From: the human T2T-CHM13v2.0 reference genome, Homo sapiens
NCBI RefSeq assembly: GCF_009914755.1
Contig: NC_060928.1
Direction: 5' to 3' (one strand)
DNA length: 64,000 nt
How positions within the stretch are numbered: position 1 is the first letter of the stretch; every line of letters begins with the position of its first letter. Below, piece after piece: positions 1 to 21,680 of the stretch. A program made the position numbers and the translations under genes. The notes beneath the pieces were generated by a model, which was given only the letters and a program-made list of their open reading frames with translations, did not search any database and was not told the origin of the DNA.

Positions 1-570
1 ATGACACTATGTGAAAAGACCAAATCTATGTCTGACTGGTGTACCTGAAAGTGACGGGGAGAATGGAACCAAGTTGGAAAACACTCTTCAGGATATTATC
101 CAGGAGAACTTCCCCAACCTAGCAAGGCAGGCCAACATTCAAATTCAGGAAATACAGAGAATGCCACAAAGATACTCCTTGAGAAGAGCAACTCCAAGAC
201 ACACAATTGTCAGATTCACCAAGGTTGAAATGAAGGAAAAAATGTTAAGGGCAGCCAGAGAGAAAGGTTGGGTTACCCACAAAGGGAAGCCCATCAGACT
301 ATCAGCAGATCTCTCGGCAGAAACTCTACAAGCCAGAAGAGAGTGGGGCCAATATTCAACATTCTTAAAGAAAAGAATTTTCAACCCAGAATTTCATATC
401 CAGCCAAACTAAGCTTCATAAGTGAAGGAGAAATAAAATCCTTTACAGACAAGCAAATGCTGAGAGATTTTGTCACCACCAGGCCTGCCTTAGAAGAGTT
501 CCTGAAGGAAGCACTAAACATGGAAAGGAACAACTGGTACTAGCCACTGCAAAAACATGCCTAATTGTAA
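1..570 (+). pseudogene. L1 ORF1 (RNA-binding chaperone) C-terminal remnant, frameshifted and with stops
   Basis: ORFs 11-412 and 268-543 give KRPNL...ARREWG and PIFNILKEKNFQPRISYPAKLSF in different frames. Confidence 0.93.
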
Positions 571-633
571 AGCCCATCAACACTATGAAGAAACTGCATC
601 AACTAATGAGCAAAATAACCAGCTAACATCATA

Positions 634-4450
<3,817 letters not shown>

Positions 4451-4928
4451 ACAATGAGAACACTTGGACACAGGAAGGGGAACATCACACACTGGGGCCT
4501 GTTGTGGCATGGGGGGAGGGGAGAGGGATAGCATTAGGAGATATACCTAATGTAAATGATGAGTTAATGGGTGCAGCACACCCAACATGGCACATATATG
4601 CATATGTAACAAACCTGCACGTTGTGCTCATGTACCCTAGAACTTAAAGTATAATAATAAAATAAAATTAAAAAAAAGAAGTGGACATGTTGGAGCAAAG
4701 GACATAAATATTTAAAATTTTAATACATGCTGTTAGATTTCCCTCTAAAAAAGAAACACAAAATTTTCAAACCTTCATCAACCCTGGATATTATCCAATT
4801 AAAAACTTTTTCTTTTGCCAGTGTAATGGACAAAATATATTTTGTTTCTTTTCATTTCATTTCTTTAATTACAGGTAAAACTGATCATCTTTTTGCATTT
4901 CTTTTCCTAATTATTTATTCCAATGTAA

Positions 4929-5267
<339 letters not shown>

Positions 5268-5287
5268 TTTTGTAATTGATTTTTAAG

Positions 5288-5450
5288 TACTCTCTCTCTC
5301 TTTCTCTCTGTGCATGTATGTGTGTTTACATATATATACATAAAAATACACACCATATACTATATATATGTATATACTATATATATACACACACACACTA
5401 TATATATATATATGCATACACACTATATATATATACACACACACATACAA
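5288..5450. repeat. Compound (CT)n/(TA)n/(CA)n simple repeat
   Basis: Read directly from the sequence. Confidence 0.9.
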
Positions 5451-5816
5451 TGGATATAAACCTTTTGTTATTTTTTTTAAGATATTTCATCCCAACTTGT
5501 AAGTTTTTTCTTTAACTTATTTATGCCTTTGAAATGAATCACCATTTTTTTAAAAAATTTCATTTTTATGTGGTTAAAGTCATATATTGTTTCCTTTATA
5601 AGTTCTTTGTTTCGCAGTTTAGTTTAAAAGGTCTTCTCACTTAAATATGATTTAAAAGAATTTTGCTATCTTTTATTTTAGGGTTTTACATTTTTGGAGT
5701 TTAAATATTTAGTCTATCTGGAATTACTTTCATACATAATATAAAATTAGAATCTAAGGTTTTTTTCCCCCATGGGCTAAACATCATCTTTAATGACTAC
5801 ATGAAATCCCTTAACT

Positions 5817-6145
5817 AGGCAGGAACAGTGGCTCATGCCTTGTAATCTCAGCATTTTGCGGGGCCCAGGCAGGTAGATAGCCCGAACTCAGGAGTTCAAG
5901 ACGAGCCTGGGCAACATAGTGAGCCCTTGTCTCTTAAAAAAAAAAAATGAAAAAATTAGCTTGGCATGGTGATGCACACCTGTAGTCCTAGCTACTTGGG
6001 AGGCTGAGGTGGGAAGACTGCTTGAGCCCAGCAAGAGGAGCTGGGACCATGCCACTACACTCCAGCCTGGGCAACAGAGCAAGACCCTGTCTCAAAAAAA
6101 AAAAAAAAAAAAAAAAAAAGAAAGAAAGAAAGAAAAGAAAAGAAT
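5817..6145 (+). mobile_element. Alu (AluJ-like) with long A/GAAA tail
   Basis: Alu dimer with J-type GGGCAACATAGTGAG and GAGCCCAG. Confidence 0.9.
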
Positions 6146-6147
6146 AA

Positions 6148-6250
6148 AAGTCTTCAATTCCTTCCAAGCTGCTGGCCACTGGCTGGCCTCAGCTCATAAC
6201 CATCTGGACCTCTCCAGCATGGCAGTTTGCTTCATCAAAGCTAGCAAGAG
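6148..6250 (-). mobile_element. MLT1 (MaLR LTR) fragment, paralogous to 15420-15522
   Basis: Ungapped 103-bp match (~84%) to the MLT1 at 15.2-15.9 kb. Confidence 0.75.
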
Positions 6251-6520
6251 ACTGGACTTGGTGGCTCATACCTGTAATCCCAGCACTTTGGAGGCCGAGG
6301 CAGGAGGATCACTTGAGCTAAGGAGTTCAAGACAAATCTGGGCAACATAGAGAGGCCTTGTCGCTACAAAAAATGAAAAAATTAGCTGGCCATGGTGGTG
6401 TGCACCTGTCCAGCTACTCAGGAAGCTGAGGTGGGAGGTTCCCTGGTAGGACTGCAGGAAGCCATGATCATGCCTAGCCTGGGAGACAGAGTGAGACTCA
6501 ATCTCAAAAAAAGAGAAAAA
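6250..6520 (+). mobile_element. Alu (AluJ-like, degraded right arm)
   Basis: Alu dimer with internal deletions and an A-rich tail. Confidence 0.88.
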
Positions 6521-7072
6521 ATCCCTAACCTTCAGTTTGTGGCTCATCACAGAGCCCCTTCTCACATTGTTGATGGACTTCTTGTTGTGACAGGTGCTAT
6601 CTGAACATCCACTAGGTGGGACATCAGGTGATGCCTAAATTTATGTTTCTCTAGGATTTAAGTTCCTTTTAGTGTCTCTCTGAGTTTCTGCTTCTTATCT
6701 GACAATGGGCTTCTCTGTGTGACTGACACTGGGGCCTTCATCTCCTTGAGGTGAGGTCAGTCCAAACAGGAAGGTGATTATACCCTAATCACCTCTACTT
6801 GATCATCAATATCTCAATTGGACACAATAAGTGCTAAGTTATACAAGAGACACAGTCATACAAAGGTGGGGGTTGGGGAGACTTTCTGATCAAGATAATA
6901 TGAATATTTTAATTATCTCTTGAAACATATTGCCAAATTACCTTCCCAAAGAGCAAAGTTACAATTTATAAAGCCACTGACTGAGAATGCTAATTTCTTC
7001 AAATCCTTCCAGTGTTAATATCATCCTTTAAAAATGTTTGCCCACTTATTGGGTGTGATATTATGATTTTAT

Positions 7073-7079
<7 letters not shown>

Positions 7080-7117
<38 letters not shown>

Positions 7118-7157
7118 GTGTGTGCATATGTGTGTGTGTGTGTGTATGTATGTATAT
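7080..7157. repeat. (TA)n(TG)n microsatellite
   Basis: Read directly from the sequence. Confidence 0.95.
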
Positions 7158-7300
7158 GTTGGTTTTGCCCATGGTTGCTAGCTGATAACTCCCATAACCA
7201 TTGTTATAGCCATTTGTTATAATGTTGGGGCACTTTAGGCCTCAGAAGCAGGCCTCAGGAAACAAAATCTTCCTCTCTGATCTTCTGTTCTCTCTTTCTC
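7158..7300 (+). mobile_element. LTR fragment (MER21-like)
   Basis: GTTATAATGTTGGGGCACTTTAGGCCTCAG resembles MER21-family sequence (recalled). Confidence 0.45.
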
Positions 7301-7730
7301 TTGGGAAAATAGAGAAGTAAGGACTGAGTAGAGCCCCTGAGGCCTTAACTTGTAATTCTACAACAGGTTCTCCCATCTCTAAACTTTTCCTTCTTTTAAG
7401 TTGACACTTAAACCCTGCAGTCTGCTGTCTGAGAACAGTTGGTGCTCACTAGACTTTCCATGAGCTCTTGCCTTAGTTTGAGTTACCCCAAATGCAGAGT
7501 CTGATAGAGGTACTTGTTGCAGGTGGCTCACTGAGGAGGGATCACCTGCAGCAGGAGTGAGGGAGCAGAGAGTGTGATGTTGAGAGGGAGGATGTGTTAC
7601 AAGGTGAGAAAGGTACAGAATGCCTCCTAGAGCTATTCACCTAAATGAAAGGATTCACCCCCTAGTTTTCATCCCTAGGGGTTACAAATTGCTGAGAGAG
7701 ATATTAACTTCCCTGCACTTAGTTGGGTTG

Positions 7731-8090
7731 TGCTATGGCTTGAATATGTCCCCCAAAGTTCATGTGCTGGAAACTTTATCCCCAGTGCAACATTGTTGAG
7801 AGATGGGACCTTTAAGAGGTGATTAGGTCCATTATCAAGGGAGTGGGTTTATTATCTCAGTAGTGGTGTCCTTATAAAGGGTGAGCTCAAACTCCTTTTC
7901 TCTCTCTCTTGCATGCCTTCTGCCACCATGTGATGCCTTCTGTCATGTTACAATGCAGCAAGAAGGCCCTTACCAGATGTGGTACTTTGATCTTGGACTT
8001 CCCAGTCTCCAGAACCATGAGCCCCCCAAAACTTCCATTGCTTGCCAATCTGTAGCATTCTCTCATAGCAGCACAAAATAGACTTAGACA
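7731..8090 (+). mobile_element. MaLR solo LTR (MST family)
   Basis: Starts TGCTATGGCTTGAATATGTCCCCCAAAGTTCATGTG and ends ATAGCAGCACAAAATAGACTTAGACA. Confidence 0.85.
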
Positions 8091-9293
8091 GACTTGTGGG
8101 CTCCAGGGTGCTGGAGAAGAGCCTGGGGTGGAAAGCTGAAGAACAGGCTACCTCATGCAGAGAGGATGCTGTCAGTGAGAGCAGCATCTGAGCTCCAATA
8201 GGGCAACTGTCCACTGTAGCCACGGCTGAGATCAGAGGTGGCCAAGGGGATGTGATGTGTTTGTTACAGTGCTCCTACATTGCCCTGTCTCTCTTGCAGC
8301 TAGGTTGTGGTCATGTAATTCTTCAGTCTACATGGAGGACTCTGCCCTGGAGAGTACATCAATTCATATCAGACCTGTGTGAGTAAAGAATAAACCTTGG
8401 TTGTGTTAAGCAACTTGCATGTTGGGATTTATTTGTACTGTGGCATATCTTGGTATCAATTTACTTTCATTAAATCAAAAGTCATGCCCCAAAACAACCA
8501 GGATTGGGAGAGGAATAGACATTGCCCCTATACCATTGCACTCTATAAATGGACCAAGCACCAGAGTAGGCAAGTGAGAATCTACAAACTGAGGGACGAC
8601 ATCTTAATCTCCTGGGATAAGTTTTCTATTGAAATTGATATGGCAAACCTCAACATCTTTTGTTATATACAAATACCCTTTCCTTATGTTCTCTTTTCAT
8701 TAAGTTTCACTTGACATTTTTATCACAGTTCCTGAAACCAGCATACACCGTGAAGGAGCAGAAGACTTCCCTGCCCCCTTGACGTAACTCTGGTGGACAG
8801 AGCTGGTGACGAGGTCTATAAATATCAGATACAACTGGTCAGGGGTACAGTTCACCTAGTGGTGCATGTGGAACCATAGTTCTTGTTCTCTCCTCTTTAT
8901 GGGACAATTTATAGACAATTAGAAGATTCCCCCTTGGAGCTATCACAATATAGATTGTCAGAAAAGGCTGTTTTTTTTTCCAGCCAGCAATTAGTAGTCT
9001 GGAGTTAGAGTTCTCTTGGCAGGTTAAAGGATCCAGTAAACTGCCCCTCTTCCCTGGATCTGCTGGCTCTCTTCACTTTGCTAAGGCTGGCCTTAGACCC
9101 TACTTATCCAGAAGCTTGATTTGAGCTGAGCACTGTGGGTAGCCCTGAGCCAGGGGCAACTTGGATGAGACCTCCGCCCCCAAGCTCCCGGTCTGCAAAC
9201 TAGTAAATGTGAAACCAGTCCACAAGACTTGCACTTAGCAAGTCTAGTGCCTAGCTGAGATCAGCATGCTGGAGGACTGGGGCCTTTATGGGG

Positions 9294-9665
9294 TGCATTT
9301 GTCTGTTCTCATACTGCTATAAAGAGCTACCTGAGACTGAGTGATTTATGAAGAAAATGACTCACAGTTCCACAGGCTGTACAGGAAACATGGCTGGGAT
9401 GTCTCAGAAAACTTACAATCATGGCAGAAGGTGAAAGGGAAGGATGCACATCTTACCACGGTAGAGCAGGAAAGAGCAAGCGAAGGGGGAAGTGCCACAC
9501 GCTTTCAAACAAGCAGATCTTATAAGAACTCACTCACTATCACGAGAACAGCAAGGGGAAAACTGTCCCCATAAACCAATCACCTTCCACCAGGTCCCTC
9601 CCCCAACATTGAGGATTATAATTCAAAATGAGATTTGGGTGGGGACACAGAACCAAACCATATAA
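9294..9665 (-). mobile_element. MaLR solo LTR (MSTA-like)
   Basis: Contains AGGCTGTACAGGAAACATGGC and GAGATTTGGGTGGGGACACAG...AAACCATAT. Confidence 0.85.
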
Positions 9666-9899
9666 TAGGGGAATGAGAAGTGGAGACAAAGAAAAGCAGC
9701 CAAGGAAAAGCTTTGGTGGAACTTGGGTGTGTCTCTGGATGTCTGTGGAGTGATCTTTCATCCCAGCGTGTCAAGCCCTTTCATGTTATGCATTTTTATG
9801 CATATTATTTCTTTTATCCTCTCAACAACACCCAAGAGGCAGTTATTATTACCTCCTTTTAAAGATGACTTAATTATTCTAGGATTGAGTAAATAAAGA

Positions 9900-10950
<1,051 letters not shown>

Positions 10951-10955
10951 AGAGA

Positions 10956-11255
10956 GGCGCGGTGGCTCATGCCTGTAATCCTAGCACTTTGGAAGGCCGA
11001 GGTGGGCAGATCACTTGAGCCCAGGAGTTCAAGACCAGCCAGGGCAACATGGTGAAACCCTGTCTCTACTAAAAATAGAAACAATTAGCTGGGTGTGGTG
11101 GCGTGCACCTGTAGTCCCAGCTAGCTGGGAGGCTGAGGTAGGAGGATCACATGAGCTCAGGAAGTCAAGGCTGCAATGAGCACAGAGCACCCCACTGCCC
11201 TCTAGCCTGAGCAACCGAAGAGACGCCATGTCCCCCCCAACCAAAAAAAAAAAAA
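10956..11255 (+). mobile_element. Alu (AluJb-like)
   Basis: Alu dimer with A tail. Confidence 0.9.
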
Positions 11256-12340
11256 GGTGTATGGGCAATTCAGTTGCTACATAGTTACCTAGTCTGCCAA
11301 CATGGTTTTGTCCTTCTAATTACTGATTTGTCTTGATTTGTCAATTACCCTTCTACAAAGAGATACAGATATTTGTTAGTGAATTACAAAACTCCCTGCG
11401 ATGGAAAATTCTCCATAGACTAACAGTTAAAGGTTTAACTTAAATGTTCGATTCTGACCCTAAAGGTAAAAAGAATTGAAAAATAAGAGAGATCAATGTA
11501 GACATGGAGAGAATTGAACCTTTGGAAAGGTTGAAATATGCTGGGCTTTGACCTGTCGGTGGTATTTGAATAGAGGGAGAGGAAAAGGGAAGACAGAGCT
11601 TAAGCAAAGAGAAGTGGGAAAGAGTTGGGACTAGAGCAGGAAGAAAGATGAACTAACTTGGCAGTGGGTGACCCTGGGGAGGAGCAGGGCATGTGGTTGG
11701 ATTGGTAAGGACCAGCCAGCCTCGGGGACTTTGAAGTCAAGGAGTGGGCTTGGGATTTGGGTGATTGGGGTGGAGGAGGGGAATGGGGTGTTACCAAGTG
11801 CATACAGCCCCGAGTAGGAGTGAGATATATTAGATGAGAGTCAACTGGTCTCTCACCCAGTCTGTTTCCTCCTATTTCTCACAGTGAGGAGTATCTTACT
11901 GTGATGAGTGTGATAGGTATTTTTCTTTCATAGGGCCACTGAATGCAAGGAAGCTACTTCATGTGTTTCCCAGCTGAAGAAATAGATATGTTCCTGTGCT
12001 GAAGAGAAAACCAGATGTGCCAGATTAACTGAGAAATTGAATATCTGCATATGGTCCTGTATAGGCATTTTAAGGACTTTTCAGGGGGCAAATCTTGACT
12101 TTATGTGATTTATACTGCAGGAGATGACTTCACCAAATTAGAAGTTTTTGTGGCAGGTGTGCATGTACAAAGAGATGAACATAAGTCGGGGCTGCAGGCT
12201 CTGAGAACAAAGAGAAATAGCTTCACTTCTCCTGGTCTCCTTCTAGAGCTCCCAATGTCAGGGCCCATTTGTCTCTCCACCTGTGGACTCCGCCCTGCAC
12301 TATTCATTTGCCTATTCACTTATTCATTCGGCAAACTTTC

Positions 12341-12805
12341 TTTTTTAAATTTAATTTTATCTTATTATTTTAAGTTCTGGGGTACATGTGCAGGGTGTGC
12401 AGGTTTGCTACATAGGTAAACGTGTGCCATAGTGGTTTGCTGCACCTATCAACCCATCACCTAGGTATTAAGCCCCACATGCATTAGCTATTTATCCTGA
12501 TGCTAAATAGCTCACCACCCCACTGCAGGCCCCAGTGTGTGTTGTTCCCCTCCCTGTGTCCATGTGTTCTCATTGTTCAGCTCCCATTTATAAGCGAGAA
12601 CATGTGGTGTTTGGTTTTCTGCTCCTGTGTTTGTTTGCTGAGGATAATGGCTTCCAGCTCCATCCATGTCCTTGCAAAGGACATTATTTCATTCCTTTTT
12701 CTGGCTGCATAGTATTCCATGGTGTATATGTACCACATTTTCTTCATCCACTGTCATTGATGGGCATTTGAGTTGATTCCATGTCTTTGCTATTGTGAAC
12801 AGTGC
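12341..12805 (-). mobile_element. 5'-truncated L1PA (about PA8-PA12) 3' end
   Basis: Antisense L1 3' UTR (GGGTACATGTGCAGG...CCTAGGTATTAAGCCC). 17-bp TSD TCATT(CG/TA)GCAAACTTTC at 12324-12340 and 12806-12822. Confidence 0.92.
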
Positions 12806-12822
12806 TCATTTAGCAAACTTTC

Positions 12823-14432
<1,610 letters not shown>

Positions 14433-14715
14433 GATGGGAATTCTTAAGCCAGAAGAAGCTCTTAACTGTGTGAGGGTGATTTCTTATTCGTGGTGGATCC
14501 ACTCTATATAGAAAAGTGTCCAGCTCATAGTTGTTGCATGAATGAATAAACAAACGAAGAGACTGGTGTCATAAAGATAAGTAGGCATTTCCAGAAGGTA
14601 CATACTCCAGTGCTGGAGGGAGGCCAATGATGCAAGATGAGAACGAAGTGTTCCCAGACTGATCTGCAGTTGAAACAGGAAGCACTAAAACAGCCTCAGC
14701 TGCCAGCCATCTTGA

Positions 14716-15082
<367 letters not shown>

Positions 15083-15199
15083 GGGATGCTCTTTCTATAG
15101 TGGCTCTCTCCCACAAGCCCTCCCCTACTTCCACCCTGATGTCCTGGAGCTGAACCTCTGCCCTTAATCCAACTCCCAAGTTCTTACTTTGGTACATGG

Positions 15200-15890
<691 letters not shown>

Positions 15891-15891
15891 A

Positions 15892-16145
15892 GGCCAGGCG
15901 CAGTGGCTCACACCTATAATCCTAGCACTTTGGGAGGCCCAGGCAGGTGGATTGCCTGAGCTCAGGAGTTCAAGACCAGCGTGGGCAACACAGTGAAAAC
16001 CCATCTCTACTAAAATACAAAAAACTAGTAGGGCATGGCGGCGTGTGCCTGTAGTCCCAGCTACTCAGAGGCAGGAGAATTGCTTGAACTCGGGAAGCAG
16101 AGGTTGCAGTGAGGTGAGATCATGCCACTGCACTCCAGCCTGAGT
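15892..16145 (+). mobile_element. Alu (AluS-like), 3'-truncated, no tail
   Basis: Ends abruptly at CACTCCAGCCTGAGTG. Confidence 0.88.
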
Positions 16146-16267
16146 GGTCCCCAATGAGCCCCGCCTCCAGGCACTCACCCCTGTGTGATTTGCTCACTGT
16201 GAATGTGGGCTGCACCTGGTGACTTATCTGTAACTCATAGAATATGACAATGATGACCAGATGTCAC

Positions 16268-16566
16268 TTTTTTTTTTTTTGAGGTAGAGTCTCACTCTGC
16301 CACTCAGGCTGGAGTACAGTGGAGCAATCTTGGCTCACTGCAACCTCCGCCTCCTGGGTTCAAGTGATGCTAATGCCTCAGCCTCCTCCCAAGTAGCTGG
16401 GGTTACAGGCATGTGCCACCACGCCCAGCTAATTTTTATATTTTTAGTAAAGACAGGGCTTTACCATATTGGCCAGGTTGGTCTCGAACTCCTGGTCTCA
16501 AGTGATCTGCCCACCTCAGCCTCCCAAAGTGCTGGGATTACAGGCATGAACCACCGTGCCCAGCCC
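16268..16566 (-). mobile_element. Alu (AluSx-like)
   Basis: Antisense dimer with T tail. Confidence 0.92.
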
Positions 16567-16679
16567 AAACTTTCCCTAAACTTAAGATTTGCTCTGCTGA
16601 AGATAATTCTTCTGACAGTTGTCTTCACCACCTTGGTTGAACCAAGGCAGAAAAATCTCATAACCTTAGATGTCCCTGT

Positions 16680-16955
16680 ACTAATAATAGCTAATGCTTC
16701 TATAGTGCCAATTACATGCCAGGCTTTGCATGAGCTTTCTATGAACTTTACAAATAGTAACTCATTTAATCCTCATAACACTTTTCCGAAGTAGAGGCTC
16801 TCATTAACTTATTTTACAGACAAAGCAACTGAGCCACAGAGAAGCAAGTACTATATCTTGCCAAAGGTAACACAGCTGTTGAGTGGTGGAAGTAGGATTT
16901 GGGAGCTGGGAGTTTGGTTCCAGAATTCCTGATGTGAACCATTGTGCTATTCAAT
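16680..16955 (-). mobile_element. MIR
   Basis: Core CTCATTTAATCCTCATAACA...TTTTACAGACAAAGCAACTGAGCCACAGAGA. Confidence 0.75.
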
Positions 16956-17031
16956 AACCCACATATAAGCTGGAATACAATACTGTCCAGTCTGGCACAC
17001 TGTGACATTAAAATAAAACATTAAAAACATA

Positions 17032-17386
<355 letters not shown>

Positions 17387-18522
17387 TTAAAAAAGATTTA
17401 ACCTATAACCTACAGCAGCACATTTTGGTTCTCAGAGCCCTTCATTTGGTAGCTTCCCTCTACGAATGTTCACTGAAACCCAGCCCAGATTATTTTTTAT
17501 TTTCTTTTTTCCATACTTCTCTCTTAGCTCCTTATGATATAAATTGACTTTGTCTTCTGGCTTCATTCTTTAGTATCCTGTTCATGTAGCCCCTTTTTAT
17601 ACACAAAAGGGTGATCCTAGAATTGACCCAAGCCACCAGGAATTTTACCCCTTGTCCTCCTAACTCTCAAGTCTGCCTTCTCTATGTCTATTTCTGTATC
17701 ATAAGAAAAACAGAGAACCAGCAAAGACAGAATTCTCTTTGGAGAGTAGGGAAGAGGGAGAAGCTGAGCAAATTAGGAGAACTTCTCTTTAGCTGCTGGG
17801 GATGGAGGAGAGAAAAGACGGTCGAATGGGAACACATAGCTAATTATCCTTGTCTTTGTCACATTCCCAGAGATGCATGACTGAGGTGCTATGTCCTTAT
17901 CATTGCAGACAGGGGGCCAGGCAGAGTGGGGCTGACCCAACAGCACAGAGGGCCTTGGGCGTGGCAGGGAAGCTTACTTCTGCAATCCAGCTCAGCCTGG
18001 TGTTTCCTCTGAAGCAGCGAACGGGGGGGGGGAAAGCTCATGGAGGGCCGGGGAGGGTGGCAGATGCCTCCAGCTCTCCAAGCCCTGCTGCCAGCCTCAG
18101 ACCCAGGATCCACGCTTTGCTTCCAAGCCCGGAGTCTGTTCACAGAAAGGCTGTGAGAGCCACTCCAGGAAAGATTAGAGCCACACTTCACTTTCTCTCA
18201 AGGTAAAACAAGGGAACAGACTTTTAAATCCTGGATGTGATGGCCACCTCAGCAAAGCATCTCCATAGGCCCTCTATCCATTCCTGCTGCCCACAGTCAT
18301 TCATAATTTCTGCCCAGACTCACTTCAACTGTCCATGAAGTCACCCCCCACTTTCCACCTCTCTCCAGTCTCGGTCCAGGTCACATGCCACTGTCAGTCT
18401 AATCTTCCCAAATACCAGTCTGATCACACCATTTCCCCACTCAAAATTCCTCAGTTACTCCCCTTTCCCTGTAAGTTCCTTGCCTAGACCTCAAAAGCCT
18501 CGAAGCTCCCTTTCTACACATG

Positions 18523-18865
<343 letters not shown>

Positions 18866-19589
18866 TGATCCATCTAAAATCGATGATGTCGATTGCCACG
18901 CATGCTACATTCTTCTGCTTCCATGATCCTGTCATTCCTCCTGCGCCTGAAACCTTCCGATTCCCTTGGCTCCCCTCTCCCTCACCTACCAAATTCAAAG
19001 ACCATCTAAAAAGCTACCTCCCCTGAGAAAGATCTGCAGATAATTACAGCTGAGTGTGAATTCTCCCCCTTTCATTTTCCGTATCATTCATTGATCCTCT
19101 TGGTCTGGCATTTTTCTTATACTACCATATATCCATATATCCCCCCCAATTATTGGAAAATATGTTGAGAGAAAAGGTGTTTTCTTGCTCAACTCTGAAC
19201 TTCCTGCAGTGCCCGGCAAAGAGCCTTAATCATGTGCATGCTTAACATTTAATAAATAGTAATTGATTTGAAAAAGTCTGCGGGACTGATATATGTCCTG
19301 TTCTAATTTATCATTTCACGTCTCTTCCTGGAACAGGTGGGGATGGTGCAAGACACACTCCTTTGAAGAGGGAGGGCATGGGGGATAGCATGAGACAGGG
19401 CCTGACCTGGGCGGTCATGGCCACGTACATTCCATAGCTTGATTTCATCAAAGCCCATGAACATCTAGTCTTGGGTATTACCTAGTGAGCAATGCCTTTA
19501 ACCAGCCTGACCTCATGCTTTTCAACCCTGTCACCCACCACCATCAGAGGGGGTGTGGCACAGGGCATGTCCAACAGGAGAGACAGTTA

Positions 19590-19940
19590 CATCGATTCAA
19601 GTCTACAAATATCCATTCAGTACCTACTTTGAGCCAGGCACTCTGCTAAGTGCTGGGGACAGAAGAGTGAACAAAACAGATATGGCATGGGGACCTTCAA
19701 AATATAATTTCAGTAAGAGTAGCTGCCAATACTGATAGTGACTACAGCAGGCCCTGGACTAAGTGTCTTACATGCATTCTCTCTCTTAATCCTCACAACA
19801 ATTTCTACCATCACCCTTCTGTAGATGGGAAGACGGAGGCTAAAAGAGGTTAAGTCTTTTGCCCTGGATTAGCAGGTGGTAGAGATAGGATTTCAACCTA
19901 AGGTCGTATGACTTGAGTTCATTCTTAGAAGCACCACCTT
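19590..19940 (-). mobile_element. L2 3' end followed by MIR
   Basis: CCAGGCACTCTGCTAAGTGCTGGGGACA, then AATCCTCACAACA...GGAGGCTAAAAGAGGTTAAG. Confidence 0.6.
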
Positions 19941-20252
19941 TGCCTCCTCAACATGTTATTTTTTTTTCCTGCTCCCTTTACTCTCTGAGTCTTGCAGTGC
20001 GGCTTTGGGTGAGACAGATATAAAATTGACATAAACAATTTTGTCTTCCTTTGCCTCTGGAGATTCCGCATGTGTATAATCTCTACCCAGATTTCTCCAA
20101 CATTCTTTTGCCTACAATATGTATAGACAAGATAGCCTGTGGGCAGAGGCAGTGGCTATTTGCTCATATATTACAATGCATCTCTCCCACCTTCCTCTGT
20201 CCTGATACTCTCCACTGTGTGTTTTATCCTTTTCTATTGTGTGAGTTTTTCA

Positions 20253-20642
<390 letters not shown>

Positions 20643-21364
20643 CTATTGGCTGCTCAACATGTCACATGAATGTAGAATAATCAATGCTTAATGTGTGGAG
20701 GAGACTTAGAGGATGTCTTATCCAGGTTTCACTTTGCTCCTTAGAGATGTTTGTAGGGTGTGTTGCGGTCCCTGCCCCCACTGCTTCTGGATCCTCTACC
20801 TTAATGTCCTTTGTGTGTAGAGCTTCCTGGAATATTTCCTCCAAAGATGAATTCTCTGGCTAAAAGAAGTTCAATTTCTCATTGGAACGTCTGTTCACTG
20901 CTGTTGGAATGTAAACTGGCAAAGCCACTGTGAAAAACAGTATGGCAGTTCCTCAAGAAACAAAATTGTATGAATTGCCATGACCATAGAAATAAACCAT
21001 AGAATTGCCATATGATCCAGCACTTCCACTTCTGGATATATATCCAGAAGAATTGAAAGCAGGGACTGAGATGGATTCACACACCCACATTCACAGCAGC
21101 ATTATCCACAATAGCCCAAATGTGGAAACAACCTATGTGTCCAGCAGCAGATGAATGGATTAACAAAAGGTGGTAACTACAAACAATGGAATATTATGTA
21201 GCCTTTAAGAAGAAAGAAATCCTGCTATAAGCTACAGCATGAATGAATTTTGCAGACATTGTTCTAAGTGAAATAAATCATTCACAAAAGGATAATATTG
21301 TATGCTTGCACTTATATAAGGTACCTAGAGTAGTCAAATTCATAGAGATAGAAAGTAGAATGCT

Positions 21365-21680
21365 GGCTTGGGTGCAGTGGCTCATGCCTGTAATCCCAAC
21401 TCTTGGGGAAGCCGAGGAGGGAGGATTGTCTGAGCCCAGAAGTTTGAGACCAGCCTAAGCAACATAGTGAGACCCCAACTCTACAAAAAAAAAATTTTTT
21501 TTAAATTAGCCAGGCATGATAGTGCATGCCTATAGTCTTAGCTACTTGGGAGGCTGAAGTGGGAGAATTGCTTGAGCCCAGGAGGTCAAGGCTGCAGAGA
21601 GCCGAGATCATACCACTGCACTCCAGCCTAGGTGACAGAGTGAGAAACTGTCTCAAAAAAAAAGAAAGGAAGAAGAGAAA
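21365..21680 (+). mobile_element. Alu (AluJo-like)
   Basis: TSD AGAAA(G/A)TAGAATGCT. Confidence 0.9.
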
